DNA of 64,000 nt from an uncultured Acidobacteriota bacterium (GTDB taxonomy: Bacteria; Acidobacteriota; Thermoanaerobaculia; Multivoradales; UBA5704): assembly GCA_963700145.1 (NCBI GenBank), contig OY969474.1, positions 1,664,001 to 1,728,000 on the forward strand. The letters are read 5' to 3'. The notes under the pieces are model-generated. The model did not search any database and had not been told where the DNA came from. It was given only the letters and a program-made list of their open reading frames with translations. This document shows, one piece after another, positions 53,936 to 64,000 of this stretch. Positions within the stretch are counted from its first letter, which is position 1. Each line of letters starts with the position of its first letter. Position numbers and translations under genes: made by a program.

Positions 53936-56900
53936 CGAGCTCCATCGGCGTGAGGAGATTGAAGTAGACGAATTCGGCGAGAGCGCGGCCGCTTGCCAGT
54001 CCCAGCTGGTTGTCGTACTGCCAATGGATGCCGCCGTAAATCCTGCTCTGTCCCGCCTCCTCGCTGGCGGTGGAGAGGCGAGTGAACGAGCGCTGCACTC
54101 CTGGCAAACCGTCCGAGCTCGTCGTGAAGGAGATCTTGTCGGTGCCGAAGAACAGTTCCAGCAACCGGGCGGACGAGCCGCTGAAGGTGCTGTGGCCGGA
54201 GGTATAGGTTGGGAACGGCGGTGTCGTGATGAAGGACGTCCAGCCGGCATCGGCCGCGGTATCCGGGTTGCCGTCGGTGTCAGCCATCTGGATGGCCGTC
54301 ACGGGGCGCCAATGGCTGTAATAGTACTTGTGGTCCCAGGAGACGATGGCCGCGTCGGCGCTGGTAGCGGCGAGCAGTGCAAACAGCCGTGCGTTCTCGA
54401 TCAGGCTGAGGCCCCGCGCTCGGGAGATGCCCTGCGCGATGACATGCCAGTGGCCGGGCGGTGTGGCGGTGCCGGGACCGTCCGCCCAGAACAACGCGAT
54501 CTCGGACTGCTCGCGGGTGCGGTGTCGACTGTCGACCCCCCCGAGCCGCTTCACCTCACGGAACGATCTCGTGTACTCCGAGCTGGCCATGGAGGGCGGC
54601 GGACGCTGCCGGAACTGAGCTGGATGAGCCATGGCCCAGGGCCGCACGTGGCGCCAGTGCGGCAGCAGAGCCGAGGAGAACCCGGGCGACGTCGGCAGCC
54701 ACCAGCTCGGCCCGATCGGGGCCTCGTAGTCGACGGTCTTGTCCGCATTGTCCTTGAGGCGCGCCGCCAGGATCTTTAGTGCCACCATCCGTCCCCACGC
54801 GATCGAGGAGCTTTCCGATGGGCCATCCGGGATGGCGGCCAGGGACGACGCCAGAGCGGAATTCAACGTGGCCTTTTGCGCCGGGAACAGGTGGATCAGA
54901 ACCTTGTGGGCGGCCGCGGCGGCTGCGATCTCGGGCGAGATCGGAGAAATGAGCTGGATGGGCGCCACGAGATAGGGGGTGTACATCCCGCCGGTGGCGC
55001 CGTTCACCGCGTCGAAGATCGCGGTGTGGACGTACGCAAGGGCCCGGCTCGCGCGTGGCGGGTCCGTCCTGTCGACCCGGATGGCTCCCAGGGTCACATT
55101 GTTCCAATCGACCACCATGTCCCCGCGGCGAGGCACCCGCACATCGCCGGACAGCCCGTCGCCGTCGTTGTCCGGATCGACATTGCGGTCGACCTCTTTC
55201 TCGACCCGGAGATCACCGAGCAGGACAGAGGCGCTCGCGGGTACCATGAAGTTCACGATCCGCGGGAGGTCCTCCGCCGAGATCTGAGCCAGCGCCGACC
55301 CTCTCAGCAAGGCCAGCGCCTGGGCCGCGGCCACCGCGGTGACTCGGTCGGGGCTCTGCGCGGCGAAGTGCATCAGGATCGCCTGTCCGCCGGCCGGCAC
55401 CGTGACCCGGTACTCGAGTCTGAGCACGCCGTCCGCGGTGAGCGAAGCCGTCATCGGCTGTACCGCCGCCGCTCCCCCGGAGAAGGCGAACGCCAGAGCC
55501 GGCTCGGTACTTTCCGTGGTGTCGTCGGTGGCCAGCCAGTCATCCATCGTGCTCAGCACCAGATCGCCGCTCGAGCTGCTGAGCACGACGGTATCGGTAC
55601 TCGAGCTCAAGTAGGACAGAACCGTCACGACGGCAGTCGTGCTGACGCTGTCCGGGTTGTCCAAGACCTCGAGGTACCGCACCAGACCGTCGTCCTCCGG
55701 CACGTAGACCTTGCGCGTCACGCGCAGGCCGGAATCGGTCCAGGGCCCGATCTCCAGCTCGCGTCGGTTCTTGCGCAGCGTCCCGGTCTCGAACTGCGGG
55801 AAGGACGATCCGTTCACCGCCAACTCGAAGGCGCCGAAGAAGGCGACGTCGCTGCCGCTGTTGATCCCGCCCGTCCGCATGACGTCCCAGAGATAGTTGT
55901 CCCCGTCGGCCAACTCATACGGCAGGTCGACCGCGAAGACGTCGTTGGACGGGTCGCGCGGGTCGCGGCCGGCGGCGATCTCCGAGCCGTCCTTCTCACC
56001 TCCCCCGTCGGTATCCGCCGCCAGTGGATCGGTACCGTGGACCTCGATCTCGTCACCGTCCGGGAGCGCGTCGCCGTCGGTATCGGCCTTGGTTGGGTTG
56101 GTGCCGAGTGTGGGGTCGATCTCGTACTCGGCCTCGGCCTGGCCGTTACCGAACACTAAGGGGGCGACCGCGGGTACCACGAAGTTGACGATCCGCGGGC
56201 GGTCCTCTGACGAGATCTGCGCCAGCGCCGACCCGTTCAACGAGGCCAGCGTCTGGGCCGCGGCCAAGGCGGTCGTGCGGTCGTGGTTCTGCGTCGCGAG
56301 ATGCATCAGGATCGCCCGTCCGCCGGCCGGCACCGTGAGCTGGAACTCGAGGGCAAGCTCACCGTCCGAGGTCAGGGAAGCCGTGATCGGCTGGACTGCC
56401 GCTCCCGCGGCGGAGAAGGCAAACGCCAGAGCTGGTGTCCCGGTGCCGTCCGCGGCATCGTCGGTGGCCAGCCAGTCGTCGGCCGCGCTCGCCACGAGGT
56501 CCCCACTCGAGCTGCCGAGCACCGTGGTGTCGGTGAACGAGCCCAGGGACGAGACGAGATTGACGATGACGGTGGCGCTCGCCGTGCCGGGATTGTCGAA
56601 TACCTCGAGGTAGCGCACCAAGCCGTCGTCCTCCGGCACGAACATCTTCCGCGTCACCCGCACGTTGGAGGCGGTCCACGGCCCGACCTCGAGCTCACGC
56701 CGGTTCCGGCGCAGCGTCCCGGTGTCGAAGGCTGGGAAGAACGAGCCGTTGACCGCCAGCTCGAAGGCGCTCGAAAAGGCGCCGTCGGTCCCGTTGCCGA
56801 CGCCGCCGGTGTGCCACACGTCCCAGAGGTAGCCCTCGCCATCGGTCAGCGTGTAAGGCAGGCCGACCGCGAAGACATCGTCGGTCGGATCGAGCGGGTT

Positions 56901-59900
56901 CCTGCCGGCGGCGATCTCGGAGCCGTCCTTCTCGCCGCCGCCGTCGGTGTCCGCGTTCAGCGGATCGGTGCCGTGGACCTCGATCTCATCGCCATCGGCG
57001 AGCGCATCGCCGTCGGTATCCGCCTTGGTCGGATCGGTGCCGCGTGTGTGCACCTCTTCACCATCGGTGAGCCGGTCGTCGTCGGTGTCGGCATCCGCCG
57101 GGTCGGTTCCGTTCTGGCGCTCCTCGCCGAGGGTGAGACCATCTCCATCGACGTCGGCGTTGCCGTCGGCCGCGTTCTTCGGGTCGAGACCGTTGGCGAT
57201 CTCGTAGCCGTCGGAAAGCAGGTCGCCGTCAGTGTCCAGCTTGTTCGGATCGGTGCCGTAGACGGCAATCTCGTCGCGGTCGGTCAGGCCGTCACCGTCG
57301 GTGTCCATCAGGGTCGGATCGGTCCCGTGCTGATGGACCTCGTCGCCATCGGAGAGCCCATCACCGTCGGTGTCCGGGGCGAAGGGGTCGCTCCCCGCCT
57401 CTTCCTCGTCGGCATTGGTCAGGCCGTCGCCGTCCTCGTCGCGTGCGCCGTCGGCGGCGTTCTTCGGATCGAAGCCGTTGAAGACCTCGTAGCCGTCCGG
57501 CATACCGTCGTCGTCGGTGTCGGGGTCGCGGCGGTCGGTGCCGCGCGCGTTCTCGTCGCGGTTGGGCAGGCGGTCGCCGTCACCGTCCGGGTTGAGCGTC
57601 GAGAGCATCAGGGTGTGCTGGGAGCTCACCCCCGCTTTCACCCAGGGCACCCGTACCGTGCCGAAGCGGACCGCGGGCGCGGCGACGGCGTTGCCGAACC
57701 CGTTGAACCGCGATGTCGGCCAGTCGGCGACCGGCTGCAGCGGCACGACCTCGGAGCCGTCCGCGCGCAGCCCGCGGGCGAAGAGCGCCGCCAGGCCGTC
57801 CGGGTCGGGCTCGGTCCAGGTCAGCGTGGCGAGACCCGGCTCGAACGCCGCCGCCGGCTTGCTCGCCGGGGCTGGGAGCGCCGGCGTCACCTGGATCGGA
57901 CCGGCCACGGTGATCGCGGCGAGGTCGGCGGCATCGCCGTCGCGGTCGTCGTGGGCCGGGTCGATGGTGAGCCGGAAGGCCTCCGCGTCGGCGCCGCCCC
58001 GCAGGAATACGAGGTCGAGCCGGCCGCCAGCGGCCAAGCCGAGCGACGGGTAGCCGACGGCGGACCCGCCGCCGGGCGTCAGGTCGGTGGCGTCGATGCG
58101 CGTCACGCCGCTCGCCCCGTCGAGCATCCAGTAGAAGACCGAAGTCGCGGCGATGCGCGCGGTGGCGGCGACGTGCAAGTCGCCGCCGGCATCGACTGCC
58201 AGCGCCGGCTGGCTGAACTGATTGGTCCCAGTGCCGGTCAGCAGGACGCGCTCGGGTTGAGCGACCGTGCCGTCCGCCGCCACGTGAGCGTAGCGGACCA
58301 CTTCGGTCGAGTTGAAGAAGCCGCCGACGTTGCGCCAGACCAGATGGGCGTCGCCCGCGGCGCCGGCCGCCATGCCGAGCCGCGTGGACTGCCCCTGGGC
58401 GTTGCTCGACACCGTGAGGGCCGGGGCGGCGGTGATCGCCGCCAGCGCGGCGGGCGATCCGTCGCGATCGTCGAGATACGGATCGATCCGCAGGTAACGG
58501 ATCGCGGAGGGATCGATCCAGGCGACATGGACCCGGCCGAGCGCGTCGGCGTTGACCACCGGATGCACCGGGTCGGCGCAGCCGTCCGCGGTGAGCGGCG
58601 TGTCGCCGATCAGGGTGACGCCCGCCGGCGAGAGCATGCGATAGACGAGGGCGTCGCAGAAGCTCTGCGAGAGCCGCTCGCTCCATACCAGGTGCACGTT
58701 CCCCGCCCCGTCGACCGCGGCGACCGGCTCGGCGAGGTCGGTGGCGGTCCGCACCGCGAGCGGCAGAACCTCGTCGACCGGGTCGCGCGGGTCGGTGCCG
58801 TCGAACTGCACCTCGGCGCCGTCGCCGCGGCCGCCGCCGTCGCTGTCGGAGAGGCGAGGATCGGTGCCGTGGGTGCCAACCTCCGCGCCGTCGCCCAAGC
58901 CGTCGCCGTCGGTGTCGGCCCTCAGCGGATCGGTGCCCGCCGCGATCTCGACGCCGTCCGTCAACCCGTCGCCATCGGTGTCGGCGGCGCGCAGATTAGT
59001 ACCGCGGTCGCGCTCCTGGCCGTCCGAGACGCCGTCGCCGTCGCTGTCCGCCGCCGGGTCGTTCGCCACCTTGGGATCCATCCCGTTGGCGACCTCGAAG
59101 CCGTCGTCGAAGCCGTCGTCGTCGCTGTCGGCGTCGGCCGGGTTCGTGCCCAGGGCGGTCTCCTCCTCGTCCGCGAGCTTGTCGTCGTCGGTGTCGAGCC
59201 GAGCGAAGAAGTTGCGGATCTCGCGCCGCTCGGCCGAGGTGAGCCCCGCCTCGGCGACGCCTTGGAGGTCGGCGAGGGCCGCCGCCGCCGCCGCGGCCTG
59301 CTCGCGCGTCGTCCGCTGCGCGCCGAAGTGCAGCAGGACCACCCGCTGCCCCGCCGGCACGGTGACGTCGAAGCGCACGGTCATCTGCGGCCCGAGCTTC
59401 TGCACCGCCGACGGGCGGAGCGGCTCGAGCGAGTCGGCATGGACGAAGACGACCGGCGGGTTGACCGCGGCCTGCGAGTCGTCCAGAACCACCCAGTCGT
59501 CGGCCGCTGTCGCCCAGCGGTCGCCGTCGGAGCTCGCCATGACGAGGCTCTGTCCGTCCACCTCGTGGCGCAGCACCACCGCGGCGGTCACGTCCGCCGC
59601 CGTCGGGTTGCGCAGGATCTCGAGGTAGCGGACGAAGGCGTCGCCGCTCGGCACGAAGACCTTCCGCCGCACCTCGAGCCCGCCGCCCGTCGTCCACGGT
59701 CCGAACGCCAGCGTCCGCTCGTCGCGCATCAGCGAGGCGGAGGTGAAGCTCGGGAAGTCGGCGCCGTCGACCTCGAGCTGCAGCGCCGGCCCGAACGACC
59801 CCGAGGACGAGCCGCTCGAGCTGGCGCCGTCAGGCTGCACGTTCCAGCGGAAGCCGCCGGCGTCGATCAGCTGATAGCCGAGCGGGATCGGGAAGCTGTC

Positions 59901-62900
59901 GTCGTCGGCGAACAGCGGGTTGGTCCCCTCCCCCACCTCGTTGCCGTCGGTCTGGCCGCCACGGTCGGTGTCCGCCACCTTGGGCTGCGTGTGATGGACG
60001 TTCACTTCCTCGCCGTCGGTCAACCCGTCGGCGTCGGTGTCCCGGGCGAGCGGGTTGGTGGTGTGCGTGCGCACCTCGGCGCCGTCGGTCAAGCCGTCGC
60101 CGTCGGTGTCGGGCTTCGTCGGATCGGTGCCCAGGTTGCCTTCTTCGACGTTGCTCAGGCCGTCGCCGTCGTCGTCGGCGCCGCCGTCGCTCGGGTCGAG
60201 CGGATCGAGGCCGTTGGCGACCTCGAAGCCGTCGGAGACGCCGTCGTCGTCGGTGTCGGGGTCGAGCGGCTGCGTGCCGTGGACGTTGACCTCGGCGCCG
60301 TCGGTCAAGCCGTCCTGGTCGCTGTCGGCGCTCTTGGGGTCGGTGCCGAGCGCGGCTTCCTGGCCGTCGTCGAGGCCGTCGAGATCGACGTCGGCGATCG
60401 TCGGATCGGTGCCGCGCGTCCGCTCGTCGAGGTTGGTCAAGCCGTCGCCGTCGGCGTCCAGGCCGGCATCGGCGGCATTCAGCGGGTCGAGGCCGTAGCC
60501 GACCTCGTAGCCGTCCGGCAGGCGGTCGTCGTCGCTGTCGGCGTCGTTCGGGTTGGTGCCCAGGAGCAGCTCCTGCCCGTCGGAGAGGCCGTCGCCGTCG
60601 GCGTCGGCCCGGCCGTCCGTCGGGTCGAGCGGATCGAGCCCGTGGCCGGCTTCGTAGTCGTCCGAATAGCCGTCGCCGTCGGTGTCGGCCCGGGTCGGAT
60701 CGGTGCCGAGAGCGAACTCCTCGCCGTCGTTCAGGCCATCGCCGTCGCTGTCGATCTCGCCGTCGGCGGGGTCGAGCGGGTCGAGCCCTCGATCCACCTC
60801 GTACTTGTCGGGCAGGCCGTCGCCGTCAGTGTCGCGGTTCAGCGGATCGGTGCCGAGCGCGCCTTCCTCCTCATCGGAGAGCCCGTCGTCGTCGCTGTCC
60901 GGCGGCGCGGCGAAGTTGACGATGTCGCGCGCCTCTTCCGGCGAGAGGCCGGACTTCGCCGCGCCGCGGAGGGCCTCGAGATCGCCCGCGGTCGCCAGCG
61001 CCGTCGCCCTCAGGCCGGCCTGGGAAGCGAAGTGCATCAGGGCCGCTCGCCGGAAGGGCTGCACGGTCACGTCGAAGGTGAGGGTGACGGCGTCGCCGAT
61101 CAGCGACGCCGAGAACGGCTGCAGGCGCGCGCCCGGACCGGCGAAGGCGTGCACGATCGACGGTGCCGAGAAAGCGGACTCGCTGAAGTCGTCGGTGACC
61201 ACCCAGCGGTCGGCGAAGCCGAGCACCTGGTCGCCGTTGGAGGTCGCCACGGTTTGGGTGCAGCAGGAGTCGGAGCCCAGGTTGGTGAGGATCTGGACGC
61301 GCACCGTCACCGGGTTGGCGGTCGGATTCTCGAAGAGCTCGAGGAAGCGGGCGAAGCCGTCGTTCTCGGGCACGAAGACCTTGCGGTTGATGATCAGACC
61401 GTTGAAGGTGCCCGGGCCGATCAACAGCTCCCGGCCGCCGTTCTCGGGGATCGCCGTCGTCGAGCCGCCGAAGTCGAGGCTGCCGCCGAGCCGCAGGCGC
61501 AGGCCGTCGTCGAAGGCGTTGCTGGTGCCGTCGAAGATCCTGCCGTTGGTCTGGATGTCCCAGGAGAAGCCGTCGCCGTCCTTGAGCGTCCGCGGCAGCG
61601 ACAGCCGGTCGTCGCTCGCCGACAGCGGGTTCCTGCCCTGGGAGACCTCCTCGCCGTCGGTCTGGCCGCCGCCGTCGGTGTCGCGCGCCGTCGGATCGGT
61701 GTGATGGACCTCGACCTCCGCGAGGTCCGTCAGGCCGTCGCGGTCGGTGTCGGCGACGAACGGGTCGGTGCCGTGCACCAGCACTTCGTCGCCGTCGGAG
61801 AGGCCGTCGCCCTCGGTGTCGGCAGCGGCGAGGTCGGTGCCGGCGAGCTGCTCGCCGGCGTTGTCCAGGCCGTCGCCGTCGAGGTCGCCGGCTCCGTCCG
61901 CCGGGTCGAGCGGGTCGAGGCCGTGCCGCACCTCGTTGCCGTCGAGGACGCGGTCGCCGTCGGTGTCGGCGACGAGGGGATCGGTCCCGTAGACGCCCGT
62001 CTCATCGGCGTCGCTGAGGCCGTCCTTGTCGGCATCGGGCAGCGCCAGGAAGTTGACGATGTCCACGCGCTCTTCGGGCGTCAGCTCGGCCAGCGCCGAG
62101 CCGGCCAGGTTGTCGAGCTGCCCCACGATCGCGACCGCAGACGGCAGGGTCGCGGTCGCCGCGGCAAAGTGCATCAGGATCACCCGACCGCCAGGCGGTA
62201 CCGTCACGCGATAGGTGAACGAAAGCGTAGCGAGATCGAGGGCCACCTGAGAGGGGCGCAGACGGCCGGTCGAACCGGCGAAGACGTGAATGGATCGGGT
62301 ACTCGATCCACTCCAATCGGTGACGACCGAGCGATCCTCCAGGGTGACGAGCGCGTCTCCGCTCGACGTGCTCGCGGCCTGCGTCGCCGCGCCGCTGGAG
62401 AGCGACGTCGCCAGCTTGACTTCGGCCTCGATCGCCTCCCCGGTCGGGTTCTCCAGAACCTCCAGGAAGCGCACGAAACGATCGTCCGCGGGCACGAACA
62501 CCTTCCGGCTCACCTTGAGCCCGTTGCGGTCCCAGGGGCCGATCACCAGCTCGCGCTGACCGGCTTCCGTGCTGGCCTTCGCGAAGTTGGGGAACAGGGT
62601 GCCGGAGAGGCGCAGCGCGAGGCCGGAGGCGGTCATGAAACCACCGCTGATCCTCCCATCCTGCTGGACGCTCCATGAGGATCCGCCGCCGTCGGTCAGG
62701 CTTCGCGGCAACGACACCGCATCGTCGGCGGCACTGAGCGGGTTCTTCCCCTCGCTCACCTCGGCACCGTCCGCCTGGCCGCCGCCGTCGGTGTCGGCCT
62801 TGAGCGGATCCGTGCCGTGCGTCGAGACCTCGGCGCCGTCGGACAAGCCGTCCGCGTCGGAGTCGGCGGCCTTGGGCTTGGTCCCGTGAACGTTCACCTC

Positions 62901-64000
62901 GGCGCCGTCGTTGAGCCCGTCGTCGTCGGTGTCGGGATCGGAGATGTCCGTGCCGGCGGCCTCCTCGGCGGCGTTGGAGAGGCCGTCGCCGTCGCGGTCC
63001 GCGGCGCCGTCGGCGGCGGCGAGCGGATCGAGGCCGTTGGCCACCTCGCTGCCGTCCTGGATGCCATCGCCGTCCGTATCCGGGTTGTTCGGATCGGTGC
63101 CCCGCGCCGTCTCGTCGGCGTCCGACAGGCCGTCGGCGTCGGCGTCGGGGTAGGCGAAGAAGTTGGCGATGTCCGCCTGCTCGTCCGGCGTCAGCCCAAG
63201 AAGCGTCGAGCCCCGCAGCCGCATGAGGTCGGGCGCCTTGAAGACCGCCGAAGCGCGGACCTTGTTCTGGGCCCCGAAGTGCATCAGGACGACGCGCTCG
63301 CCCGGCTGCAGGACGAAGAGGTAGCGGAAGACGAACGTCCCGCTGCTGCTCAGAGAGATCGTGGAGGGACGAAGACGTCCGCCCGGGCCGGCCCAGACAT
63401 GGGTCACCGCCGGGTTGCCGAAGGAGGTGCCGTCGCCGCTGTCGTCGGTGACGACCCAGTCGTCGTCGAGGCCCAGAACCCCATCCACGCTCGATTCGCG
63501 GATCAGCCGCGTTCCCGTCTCCGAACCGAGATCCGTCTTGATCTCCGCCGTGACGACGTGCGGGTTGGCGTCGTTGTTCTCGAAGATCTCGAGATAGCGG
63601 ATGAAGCGGTCGTCGGCCGGCACGAAGACCTTCCGCCGCACCTCCAGCCCGTCGTTGGTGTGCCAGGGCCCGAGCGTGAGCTGCCGGCCGCCGATCGTCG
63701 TCAGCGCTTCGGCGAAGAAGGGGAAGCCCTGGTTGTTGACCCCGAGCTGGAAACCACCCTGTCGCAGGCTGTGGAAGGCGCCGCTGTCACCGACGCGGAT
63801 GCGGCCGTTCTGCTGCACGTCCCACTTGAGGCCGCCGCCGTCGAAGAGGTTCAGGGGCAGGGCGATCGCCGTCGCGTCGTCGGCCGGATCGAGCGGGTTC
63901 GTCTCGTCGCGGAAGAGCTCGTCGCCGTCCTTGCGGCCGCCGCCGTCGGTGTCGGCGCGGGCCGGGTGCGTGCCGTGGACCGCGACTTCCACGCCGTCCG
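53922..64000 (-). CDS. giant (>3,350 aa, 5'-truncated by the window) protein: TSP3-like Ca-binding repeats, six ~220-aa repeated domains, a beta-propeller-like region, and a C-terminal vanadium haloperoxidase/PAP2 domain
   Basis: Dozens of DTDGDGLxDGxE..GTDP repeats. The C-terminus has [17 protein letters not shown] and [12 protein letters not shown]. Confidence 0.88.
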   Translation of the reverse strand, partial: DGVEVAVHGTHPARADTDGGGRKDGDELFRDETNPLDPADDATAIALPLNLFDGGGLKWDVQQNGRIRVGDSGAFHSLRQGGFQLGVNNQGFPFFAEALTTIGGRQLTLGPWHTNDGLEVRRKVFVPADDRFIRYLEIFENNDANPHVVTAEIKTDLGSETGTRLIRESSVDGVLGLDDDWVVTDDSGDGTSFGNPAVTHVWAGPGGRLRPSTISLSSSGTFVFRYLFVLQPGERVVLMHFGAQNKVRASAVFKAPDLMRLRGSTLLGLTPDEQADIANFFAYPDADADGLSDADETARGTDPNNPDTDGDGIQDGSEVANGLDPLAAADGAADRDGDGLSNAAEEAAGTDISDPDTDDDGLNDGAEVNVHGTKPKAADSDADGLSDGAEVSTHGTDPLKADTDGGGQADGAEVSEGKNPLSAADDAVSLPRSLTDGGGSSWSVQQDGRISGGFMTASGLALRLSGTLFPNFAKASTEAGQRELVIGPWDRNGLKVSRKVFVPADDRFVRFLEVLENPTGEAIEAEVKLATSLSSGAATQAASTSSGDALVTLEDRSVVTDWSGSSTRSIHVFAGSTGRLRPSQVALDLATLSFTYRVTVPPGGRVILMHFAAATATLPSAVAIVGQLDNLAGSALAELTPEERVDIVNFLALPDADKDGLSDADETGVYGTDPLVADTDGDRVLDGNEVRHGLDPLDPADGAGDLDGDGLDNAGEQLAGTDLAAADTEGDGLSDGDEVLVHGTDPFVADTDRDGLTDLAEVEVHHTDPTARDTDGGGQTDGEEVSQGRNPLSASDDRLSLPRTLKDGDGFSWDIQTNGRIFDGTSNAFDDGLRLRLGGSLDFGGSTTAIPENGGRELLIGPGTFNGLIINRKVFVPENDGFARFLELFENPTANPVTVRVQILTNLGSDSCCTQTVATSNGDQVLGFADRWVVTDDFSESAFSAPSIVHAFAGPGARLQPFSASLIGDAVTLTFDVTVQPFRRAALMHFASQAGLRATALATAGDLEALRGAAKSGLSPEEARDIVNFAAPPDSDDDGLSDEEEGALGTDPLNRDTDGDGLPDKYEVDRGLDPLDPADGEIDSDGDGLNDGEEFALGTDPTRADTDGDGYSDDYEAGHGLDPLDPTDGRADADGDGLSDGQELLLGTNPNDADSDDDRLPDGYEVGYGLDPLNAADAGLDADGDGLTNLDERTRGTDPTIADVDLDGLDDGQEAALGTDPKSADSDQDGLTDGAEVNVHGTQPLDPDTDDDGVSDGFEVANGLDPLDPSDGGADDDGDGLSNVEEGNLGTDPTKPDTDGDGLTDGAEVRTHTTNPLARDTDADGLTDGEEVNVHHTQPKVADTDRGGQTDGNEVGEGTNPLFADDDSFPIPLGYQLIDAGGFRWNVQPDGASSSGSSSGSFGPALQLEVDGADFPSFTSASLMRDERTLAFGPWTTGGGLEVRRKVFVPSGDAFVRYLEILRNPTAADVTAAVVLRHEVDGQSLVMASSDGDRWATAADDWVVLDDSQAAVNPPVVFVHADSLEPLRPSAVQKLGPQMTVRFDVTVPAGQRVVLLHFGAQRTTREQAAAAAAALADLQGVAEAGLTSAERREIRNFFARLDTDDDKLADEEETALGTNPADADSDDDGFDDGFEVANGMDPKVANDPAADSDGDGVSDGQERDRGTNLRAADTDGDGLTDGVEIAAGTDPLRADTDGDGLGDGAEVGTHGTDPRLSDSDGGGRGDGAEVQFDGTDPRDPVDEVLPLAVRTATDLAEPVAAVDGAGNVHLVWSERLSQSFCDALVYRMLSPAGVTLIGDTPLTADGCADPVHPVVNADALGRVHVAWIDPSAIRYLRIDPYLDDRDGSPAALAAITAAPALTVSSNAQGQSTRLGMAAGAAGDAHLVWRNVGGFFNSTEVVRYAHVAADGTVAQPERVLLTGTGTNQFSQPALAVDAGGDLHVAATARIAATSVFYWMLDGASGVTRIDATDLTPGGGSAVGYPSLGLAAGGRLDLVFLRGGADAEAFRLTIDPAHDDRDGDAADLAAITVAGPIQVTPALPAPASKPAAAFEPGLATLTWTEPDPDGLAALFARGLRADGSEVVPLQPVADWPTSRFNGFGNAVAAPAVRFGTVRVPWVKAGVSSQHTLMLSTLNPDGDGDRLPNRDENARGTDRRDPDTDDDGMPDGYEVFNGFDPKNAADGARDEDGDGLTNADEEEAGSDPFAPDTDGDGLSDGDEVHQHGTDPTLMDTDGDGLTDRDEIAVYGTDPNKLDTDGDLLSDGYEIANGLDPKNAADGNADVDGDGLTLGEERQNGTDPADADTDDDRLTDGEEVHTRGTDPTKADTDGDALADGDEIEVHGTDPLNADTDGGGEKDGSEIAAGRNPLDPTDDVFAVGLPYTLTDGEGYLWDVWHTGGVGNGTDGAFSSAFELAVNGSFFPAFDTGTLRRNRRELEVGPWTASNVRVTRKMFVPEDDGLVRYLEVFDNPGTASATVIVNLVSSLGSFTDTTVLGSSSGDLVASAADDWLATDDAADGTGTPALAFAFSAAGAAVQPITASLTSDGELALEFQLTVPAGGRAILMHLATQNHDRTTALAAAQTLASLNGSALAQISSEDRPRIVNFVVPAVAPLVFGNGQAEAEYEIDPTLGTNPTKADTDGDALPDGDEIEVHGTDPLAADTDGGGEKDGSEIAAGRDPRDPSNDVFAVDLPYELADGDNYLWDVMRTGGINSGSDVAFFGAFELAVNGSSFPQFETGTLRKNRRELEIGPWTDSGLRVTRKVYVPEDDGLVRYLEVLDNPDSVSTTAVVTVLSYLSSSTDTVVLSSSSGDLVLSTMDDWLATDDTTESTEPALAFAFSGGAAAVQPMTASLTADGVLRLEYRVTVPAGGQAILMHFAAQSPDRVTAVAAAQALALLRGSALAQISAEDLPRIVNFMVPASASVLLGDLRVEKEVDRNVDPDNDGDGLSGDVRVPRRGDMVVDWNNVTLGAIRVDRTDPPRASRALAYVHTAIFDAVNGATGGMYTPYLVAPIQLISPISPEIAAAAAAHKVLIHLFPAQKATLNSALASSLAAIPDGPSESSSIAWGRMVALKILAARLKDNADKTVDYEAPIGPSWWLPTSPGFSSALLPHWRHVRPWAMAHPAQFRQRPPPSMASSEYTRSFREVKRLGGVDSRHRTREQSEIALFWADGPGTATPPGHWHVIAQGISRARGLSLIENARLFALLAATSADAAIVSWDHKYYYSHWRPVTAIQMADTDGNPDTAADAGWTSFITTPPFPTYTSGHSTFSGSSARLLELFFGTDKISFTTSSDGLPGVQRSFTRLSTASEEAGQSRIYGGIHWQYDNQLGLASGRALAEFVYFNLLTPMELDGIP

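Noticed and set aside
56283-62678. 2131-aa plus-strand ORF, and similar long ORFs at 8932-12825, 24263-27637 and 16753-19005
   Set aside because: Antisense shadows of real high-GC genes, with no recognisable motifs.

Overview
High-GC bacterial chromosome segment. The three tandem 'VWFA-related acidobacterial' genes and the large secreted-protein repertoire suggest Acidobacteriota (Thermoanaerobaculia-like); this is inference. The core backbone, mostly on the minus strand, carries a 3-hydroxybutyryl-CoA dehydrogenase, tsaE, nnr, ypdA, thiD, lgt, guaA, gpsA, plsY, thpR, cinA, a thymidine phosphorylase and many exported enzymes. Accessory DNA comes in five parts. (i) A TumE/TumA-like TA pair. 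(ii) An IS5 element with a CTAG target duplication. (iii) A decaying mosaic downstream of guaA (~31.1-41.7 kb) holding two copies of a glutaredoxin-like gene, each abutting a TA module. The mosaic also contains IS91 remnants with an oriIS-like end, TOTE-primase and BBE remnants, an IS256-interrupted M6 metalloprotease, and a 42-bp palindromic tandem array split by an IS3. (iv) A stand-alone SIR2-Macro fusion gene (51199-52944), the best candidate for an undescribed NAD/ADP-ribose defence system. (v) The 3' end of a >3,350-aa Ca-binding repeat protein ending in a vanadium-haloperoxidase/PAP2 domain. No rRNA, tRNA or true CRISPR array was recognised. All family calls come from motif recognition by eye, not database searches.
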